Shown: piece after piece, positions 58,804 through 64,000 of the stretch
How the letters are laid out: each line of letters begins with the position of its first letter
Position numbering within the stretch: position 1 is the first letter of the stretch
DNA from: Myxococcota bacterium
Lineage (GTDB): Bacteria; Myxococcota_A; UBA9160; PR03
NCBI GenBank assembly: GCA_041611735.1
Contig: JBFIML010000012.1
Coordinates: 1-64,000 of the forward strand
Length of the DNA stretch: 64,000 nt
Direction of reading: 5' to 3'
Translations under genes and position numbers: made by a program
Notes under the pieces: generated by a model
Databases searched by the model: none
Seen by the model: the letters and a program-made list of their open reading frames with translations, nothing else
What the model was told of the DNA's origin: nothing

Positions 58804-59972
58804 GGGCTCGCCGGTCCTTCGGGGGCCCCGGCGCGGCTCACCGCCTCGCCGGCCGCGCCCGACGCGGGGGGCTGCTCGAGCAGGCGCCCCGCGGCGTCGC
58901 GCAGCGAGACCGGCGAGCCGTCCACGAGCTGGTCGTGGCCGCGCACCACCACCACGTCGCCCACCGCGAGGCCCTCGCTGACCTCGACCAGGCCCTCCCG
59001 GAAGACGCCGAGCCGCAACACGCGGCGCTCGGCGCGGGAATCGTCCGCCAGCCGAAAGGCCACCGACCCGTCGGCGCGTTGCAGCACCGCCTCCTCGGGG
59101 ACCATCGCCACGCCCTGGCGCAGCGAGATGCCGAGGTCGACCCGTGCGAAGAGGCCGGGCCGCAGGCGCCCGTCGGCATTGGGCAGCAGGGCCTTCACTC
59201 GCAGCGTGCGCGTGGCGGGATCGATGGTCGGAGAGACGACGGTGACCTCGGCGCGGAACACCTGATCCGGAAAGGGCGACACGCGCACGTCCACCGGGGC
59301 ACCTCGGGCGACCCGGCTCGAGTCCCGCTCGGCCAGGTGGAACTCCACCTCGATCGGATCGAGGGCGACCAGGTCGAAGAGCTTCGCGCCGAGCGTGACG
59401 AACTCGCCCTCGCTGACCCAGCGGCGGGAGACGAGACCGGCAAAGGGCGCCGCCACGCTGGAGTCGCGCAGCGAGCGCCCGGCGATCCCCAGCTGCGCCA
59501 CGGCCGCGTCGCGGCGTGAGCGCGCCAGGCGCAGCTGCGTCTCGGCCGCGTCCAGCCGGGCGTCCGAAGCCACCCCCTCCTGGTGGAGCTTGCGCATGCG
59601 GGCCAGCTCCCGCTCGCTCTCTCCGAAGCTGGCCCGCGCCTCCGCCAGCCGCGCCCGGGCGTCCGCCAGCTCGAGCTGCCGCTTCTCGGGGTCGATCTCC
59701 ATCACGACCTGACCCGCGGCGACGGCATCTCCTTCGCCGTGCACCACCCGCGTCACCTGCCCCGCCAGCTGGGCCGCGACCGTCGCCGCGTCCCGGGCGC
59801 GCAGCTCGCCGGTGGCCTCGATGCGCTCCTCGAGGCGGTGGGCCTCGACCCGCTGCACCAGCACCGGGGGCGCCACGAACGCCGAGGACCCGGTCTCGCC
59901 GCCACAGGCGACGAGGCCGCGCGCCGCCAGGGCGAGCACGGCGAGCCGGACGGCGCGCCTCCCCGCCCTCAT
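58800..59972 (-). CDS. RND periplasmic adaptor lipoprotein
   Basis: LVAC lipobox, VAAPFAG, IDPATRTL, LRPGLF; ATGA overlap with the TetR gene. Confidence 0.92.
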   Translation of the reverse strand: MRAGRRAVRLAVLALAARGLVACGGETGSSAFVAPPVLVQRVEAHRLEERIEATGELRARDAATVAAQLAGQVTRVVHGEGDAVAAGQVVMEIDPEKRQLELADARARLAEARASFGESERELARMRKLHQEGVASDARLDAAETQLRLARSRRDAAVAQLGIAGRSLRDSSVAAPFAGLVSRRWVSEGEFVTLGAKLFDLVALDPIEVEFHLAERDSSRVARGAPVDVRVSPFPDQVFRAEVTVVSPTIDPATRTLRVKALLPNADGRLRPGLFARVDLGISLRQGVAMVPEEAVLQRADGSVAFRLADDSRAERRVLRLGVFREGLVEVSEGLAVGDVVVVRGHDQLVDGSPVSLRDAAGRLLEQPPASGAAGEAVSRAGAPEGPASP

Positions 59973-60592
59973 CGGCGGACCCCCGACGTCTCTACGGCCT
60001 GGCGCACGAAGCTGCGCAGCAGCGCATCGACGCCTGCCTCGAGCAGCTCCGGGGCCCACTCGAGGTCGGTGCGGGTGGTGCGGAGCAGGATGAAGCCGTG
60101 GAGGAATGCCCAGAAGGCCTGACGGGCCACCGTGCGGTCCGCAGACAGACGGCCCTGGGCGGCGAGCCGGTCCCACGGATGCTCGAGCAGGGCGCGGGCC
60201 TTCTCCGCCGAAGGCGGTCGAGCGCACGACGGCGCACGGGGCGCCGCCAGGAGGGCGTAGTGCGTGGGATGGCGCAGCCCGAAGCGGGCGAAGACCCGGC
60301 ACATGGCCCGCACGTTCTCCACCGGGTCGTCGCCCAGCCGGATCCGTTGCAGACCCGCCACGAGGCCCCGGCAGCGCTCCTCCAGCAGGGCGTCCAGGAG
60401 ACGCTGCTTGTCCCCGAAGTAGTGGTACAGGGTCGGCGCCCTGACGCCGCAACGCTCCGCCAGGCGGCGCATGGAGAAGCGCTCGCCCCCGTCCTCCACG
60501 AGCAGCGCCTCGCTGGCGTCCAGGATGGTGCGCCGGGCCTCGGCGCGGCGCTTGGGTCGGCGTCGCCGGGCGGCGGGCAACAGGTTGGCCAT
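59969..60592 (-). CDS. TetR/AcrR-family regulator (WHG-type C-terminus)
   Basis: ILDAS...FSMRRLAERCGVRAPTLYHYFGDK, WAFLHG. Confidence 0.93.
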   Translation of the reverse strand: MANLLPAARRRRPKRRAEARRTILDASEALLVEDGGERFSMRRLAERCGVRAPTLYHYFGDKQRLLDALLEERCRGLVAGLQRIRLGDDPVENVRAMCRVFARFGLRHPTHYALLAAPRAPSCARPPSAEKARALLEHPWDRLAAQGRLSADRTVARQAFWAFLHGFILLRTTRTDLEWAPELLEAGVDALLRSFVRQAVETSGVRR

Positions 60593-60621
60593 GGGGAGTC
60601 TCGTCCGGAAGGATCTCGATG

Positions 60622-60674
60622 TATAACGCCGTTAGAGGTGGCGCAGCGTACGGGAAGCAAGCGGTCGCGGTCAA
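60622..60674 (-). promoter_or_regulatory. Promoter TTGACC-N18-TACGCT with palindromic operator TAACG-N-CGTTA (60624-60634)
   Basis: The palindrome sits just downstream of the -10, upstream of the TetR gene. Confidence 0.6.
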
Positions 60675-61078
60675 GCGGGGCGGGGAACGCCGCGCGGTGA
60701 GGAAAGAGTTTTCCCTTCGAGGAACGAGGCTTCCCCCTGGACCCCCGGGCCATCCTCCCCGCCTCCGCTCAACCCCCTGATTCTCTGAGAGTCGACGCCT
60801 GGCGCGGAGTTGGTATCCGAATTGCGTATCTTCGCGTGCGTCTCGAGGGGAAGGAGTGCCCGTGCGCCGAGCCCTGCTCGTCGCGGTCGCTGCTCGCGGT
60901 CTCTGCGTGGCCAGGTCCGCCCGGGCCGTCCAGGTCGATCCGAGCCGATTCCGAGCCAGCCGGGACCCCCTTCCACTGCACCGGCTCCAACCAGCTCCAG
61001 GGTGATTCCGATGCTGGCGAGGGCAGCGGCATCACGTCCAATGCCATTAGAACGCCGCCGCAATCAACTCCACGAGGA

Positions 61079-62449
61079 GTGCGTGCGCGGGGTGCCCCCA
61101 CGCCTACGCTTGGCGAAGCCCTGCGAACCTGGAGCCGCGTGGCCCTCCAGAGCTTCGGCGGGCCCGCCGGGCAGATCGCGGTCATGCACCGGATCCTCGT
61201 GGAGGAGAAGCGCTGGGTGAGCGAGGAGCGCTTCCTGCATGCGCTCTCCTACTGCATGCTGCTCCCGGGCCCGGAGGCGCAGCAGCTCGCCACCTACCTC
61301 GGATGGCTCCTCCATCGCACGCGCGGCGGGCTCGCGGCCGGAATCCTCTTCGTCCTGCCCGGCTTCGTGACGATCCTCGCCCTGAGCCTCCTCTATGCCG
61401 CCTACGGCGACCTTCCCCTGGTCGAGGGAATCTTCTTCGGGATCAAGCCCGCAGTGCTGGCCCTGGTGCTCGAGGCGCTGCTCCGCATCGGGCGGCGCGC
61501 TTTCGGACATGGGGCACAGGTGGGGATCGCCGCCGCCGCGTTCGTGGCCATCTTCTTCCTGGCGGTCCCCTTTCCGTGGATCGTCCTCGCGGCGGGGCTG
61601 GTGGGGCTGGTGGGCGCACACGCGCTGCCGGAGGCCTTCCGCGGCCCCCGGCCCCAGGCACCGGCGGTCGCGAACCCCGTGGTGGATGCCGTGCTCGATC
61701 GGCAGACACCGGATCACACGCGCCCGACGCTGCGCCGGACCCTCGGCGTCGCGTCGGTCTGCCTCGCGCTCTGGTGGGTGCCCGTCGCGACGCTCGCGAT
61801 CACCCGAGGCGCCGACGACGTCTTCACCCGCATCGGCGTCTTCTTCAGCAAGCTCGCCGTCGTGACCTTCGGCGGCGCCTACGCCGTCCTGGCCTACATG
61901 GCCCAGCAGGCCGTCGAGACCTACGGCTGGCTGGAGCCGGGGGAGATGCTGGACGGCCTCGGCATGGCGGAAACCACGCCCGGACCGCTCATCCAGGTGG
62001 TCCAGTTCGTGGGCTTCCTGGGCGCCTACCGCAGCCCCGGGGAGCTCGAGCCGTGGCTCGCGGGCACGCTGGCCGCCGTCCTCACCACCTGGGTGACCTT
62101 CGTGCCGTGCTTCCTCTGGATCTTCCTGGGGGCCCCCTACGTGGAGCGGCTGCGCGAGAGCCGTGCCCTGCGCGGCGCCCTCGCCGGGATCACGGCAGCC
62201 GTGGTGGGGGTCGTACTGAATCTCGCGGTCTGGTTCTCGCTGCACACGCTGTTCGGGAGCGTGGTCGAGCACCGCCTCGGCCCTCTCCTCCTCCAGGTGC
62301 CGGTGTGGGCCACCCTCGACGCCGCCGCGGCCGCAATCGCCCTGGGCGCCGCCGTCGCGACGCTCCGGCTCCACGTGGGGATGCTCCCCCTGATCGGCGG
62401 CTGTGGGGGCCTCGGCGTGCTCTGGCGCCTCTTCGGCCCGGGGTCGTGA
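61079..62449 (+). CDS. chrA: Chromate ion transporter (long-chain CHR family)
   Basis: SFGGPAGQIAVMH, LPGPEAQQLA, TFGGAYAVL, ETTPGPLI; start uncertain. Confidence 0.92.
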   Translation: MRARGAPTPTLGEALRTWSRVALQSFGGPAGQIAVMHRILVEEKRWVSEERFLHALSYCMLLPGPEAQQLATYLGWLLHRTRGGLAAGILFVLPGFVTILALSLLYAAYGDLPLVEGIFFGIKPAVLALVLEALLRIGRRAFGHGAQVGIAAAAFVAIFFLAVPFPWIVLAAGLVGLVGAHALPEAFRGPRPQAPAVANPVVDAVLDRQTPDHTRPTLRRTLGVASVCLALWWVPVATLAITRGADDVFTRIGVFFSKLAVVTFGGAYAVLAYMAQQAVETYGWLEPGEMLDGLGMAETTPGPLIQVVQFVGFLGAYRSPGELEPWLAGTLAAVLTTWVTFVPCFLWIFLGAPYVERLRESRALRGALAGITAAVVGVVLNLAVWFSLHTLFGSVVEHRLGPLLLQVPVWATLDAAAAAIALGAAVATLRLHVGMLPLIGGCGGLGVLWRLFGPGS

Positions 62450-62461
62450 CGGCCCGGCCTG

Positions 62462-62785
62462 CTAGCGTCGGAACAGGTCCGCGACCGCCCGCATGACTCC
62501 GCCGCTCTGCTCGCTCCCGGCCTTCAGGATCGTTTCCAGCTCGCCGGCATCCAGCCAGATGCCCTGGCAGTTGAAGCAGGTGTCGATCTCCACCTCACCC
62601 CGGTGGATCGTCTGCAGGTCCATCCCGCACTTCGGGCACTTCATCCAGTGCAGCCGCTTCAGCTCCTCGCGCTCGCGGGACTCGGTCTCCTGCTGCTGCT
62701 TGAGCGCAAGCTTCCGCTTCTTCTCCACCTCCTCCCGGGCGAAGTACTCGTCCTCGGGCTTCGACGGTCGGTCGGTGCGCGACAT
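62462..62785 (-). CDS. Coiled-coil + zf-TFIIB-like zinc ribbon protein
   Basis: AAGGGAGG RBS; MKCPKCG...IDTCFNCQGIWLDAGEL. Confidence 0.87.
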   Translation of the reverse strand: MSRTDRPSKPEDEYFAREEVEKKRKLALKQQQETESREREELKRLHWMKCPKCGMDLQTIHRGEVEIDTCFNCQGIWLDAGELETILKAGSEQSGGVMRAVADLFRR

Positions 62786-62824
62786 GCTTCCCTCCCTTCT
62801 CGGGCCTCGGCCTCCGCGCTTCCC

Positions 62825-63586
62825 TCATCCATCCCCTGGGGAAGGGTCGCGCGGTGCCTCGCTGGAGAGCGCTTCTACCACGCCGGCGAAGTCGGTCAAT
62901 GCCTGATCCGCGACGGGGTCGAGCGCATACACCCCGCGCTCCACGCGCTGGAACCAGCCATAGACGTCGCGCTGCAGGATGCGCGGAGCACGCTCCACCC
63001 CCGTCTCCCGCTTCACGGCGCCGGCACGGAGCGGGCCGCGGTCCCGGAGCAGCACCGCGCAGCGGAGCGCGTCCTGCCGGTACGCGGTCACGCGGGGCCG
63101 ACTTCCCGTGCCGCCCAGGTTGGGATCTCCCAGCCGCTTCGCGAACTCGCCTAGCAGGCGCTTGCGTCGCACGCGGTCCACGCGCGGCCGGTACGGCCCG
63201 GGGTCCAGGTGGACTTCGGCGTGCGCCGCCCGCCGACGGGGAAAGTGCACCGAGATGAGACCCAGGCCGAGCAGGCGGCAGAGGCGCAGGACCCCCCAGT
63301 AGCGGCGCGCCAGCAGCTCGGCGGCTGCCCGGGGCTCCGGGTGCCGCACGCCCAGGTAGACGCGCTCGGTCAGCCGCTTGCGGTCCACGGCCTGGAGCAG
63401 GAGCTCCAGCGAGAGTCGCCGCTTGAGCTCGACGACGACCGGCTCCTCGTCGCCGCGACGGGCGACCAGGTCGCAGTTCTCGAGCTCCGCCTTCACCTCG
63501 AAGCCGCGGGCCTCCAGCAGCGCCTTCACGGGCGCGTAGAGATCGGATTCCGGACCCGAGGCGCGCTTCGCCCTGCGCTCTGCCAC
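62825..63586 (-). CDS. DUF2161-family PD-(D/E)XK-fold protein
   Basis: ESDLYAPVK..LE..GFEVKAE..CD...VVVELK...LQAVDR; TAYRQDAL; YGWFQRVERGVYAL. Confidence 0.85.
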   Translation of the reverse strand: MAERRAKRASGPESDLYAPVKALLEARGFEVKAELENCDLVARRGDEEPVVVELKRRLSLELLLQAVDRKRLTERVYLGVRHPEPRAAAELLARRYWGVLRLCRLLGLGLISVHFPRRRAAHAEVHLDPGPYRPRVDRVRRKRLLGEFAKRLGDPNLGGTGSRPRVTAYRQDALRCAVLLRDRGPLRAGAVKRETGVERAPRILQRDVYGWFQRVERGVYALDPVADQALTDFAGVVEALSSEAPRDPSPGDG

Positions 63587-63679
63587 CACCCCCCCTGCGG
63601 CCGGCCGGAGCCTGACCGAGTCTACCGGAGGGGTCCCGCGCCGAAAGCTCTGCCCCACGGGCTTCGTTATGCTGGGCGC

Positions 63680-64000
63680 GTGGGGTTGCCCCGTCGCCTC
63701 GCGTGGTCGGTGCTCGTCCTGGCCCTGCTCGGGACGAACCTCTCCCCCTGTCCCGAGGCTCCCGTGCGAGCGCCCGCCCCAGGGTCCCACGCCCACGCGG
63801 GCCCGGCTTCCCCCGTCCACGGCGAGAGCCGGGAAGCGCTGCCCTCCCATCCACCCGGTTGCCAGGAAGCGCGAACGGTCGCCCTGGGCGCGCCCTGCCC
63901 GTGCGGCTGCGAGGACCGCGAGCCGGCTTCTCCCGCCGGGCCGCTCGGCGACGCCTTGCTGGCCTCCCTGCCGGGACTCGAGCTGCAGCCCCCGGCACGA
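63680..64000 (+). CDS. Partial small exported His/Cys/Pro-rich protein (DUF2946-like candidate), runs off right edge
   Basis: Not in the ORF track. MGLPRRLAWSVLVLALLGTNLSPCPEAP...SHAHA...HPPGC...CPCGC...; TATGCT 6 nt before the GTG. Confidence 0.55.
   Translation, partial: MGLPRRLAWSVLVLALLGTNLSPCPEAPVRAPAPGSHAHAGPASPVHGESREALPSHPPGCQEARTVALGAPCPCGCEDREPASPAGPLGDALLASLPGLELQPPAR

Noticed and set aside
62825-63586. DUF2161 gene as an anti-phage defence system
   Set aside because: The nuclease-like fold is the only hint; no partner defence genes or island context.

Overview
Very GC-rich bacterial chromosome segment. The housekeeping gene order suggests a deltaproteobacterial or Myxococcota-like organism (inference). 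Bases 1-16.7 kb are accessory. They hold a minus-strand operon: GAF-membrane fusion protein (MFP), PqqD/RRE-like M50 site-2 protease-MFP fusion, C-terminally truncated second SecA, MFP, PAS-GGDEF cyclase, DUF3467-like protein, and a giant LEPR-XLL/DUF4347 adhesin that runs off the left edge and is missing from the ORF track. Divergent from it are a hybrid histidine kinase and a REC-PAS-GGDEF-EAL gene. This looks like an uncharacterised SecA-powered, ABC-less type-I-like secretion system under c-di-GMP control. A sigma28-like motif (TCAAG-N15/16-nCCGAT) recurs upstream of its genes. Next come tRNA-Arg(CCG), tRNA-Val(CAC) and a long minus-strand core block. In transcription order it is nadK-recN-FHA-M23-secA-argJ, rpsB-tsf-pyrH-frr-uppS-dxr-rseP-tsaB, DUF465-ilvB-ilvN-ilvC-psd-pssA-leuA-leuB-Asd-like-truA, rplM-rpsI-argC and pyrG. 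The right end has rarA, a CTAG-flanked MITE-like element, a REC-GGDEF cyclase, an APC-USP permease, a WecE/WecD sugar-modification cluster (wecD frameshifted), a TetR-MFP-RND efflux operon, chrA, a Zn-ribbon protein, a DUF2161-like nuclease-fold protein and a partial His/Cys-rich exported protein. All calls come from reading motifs; no database search was run.
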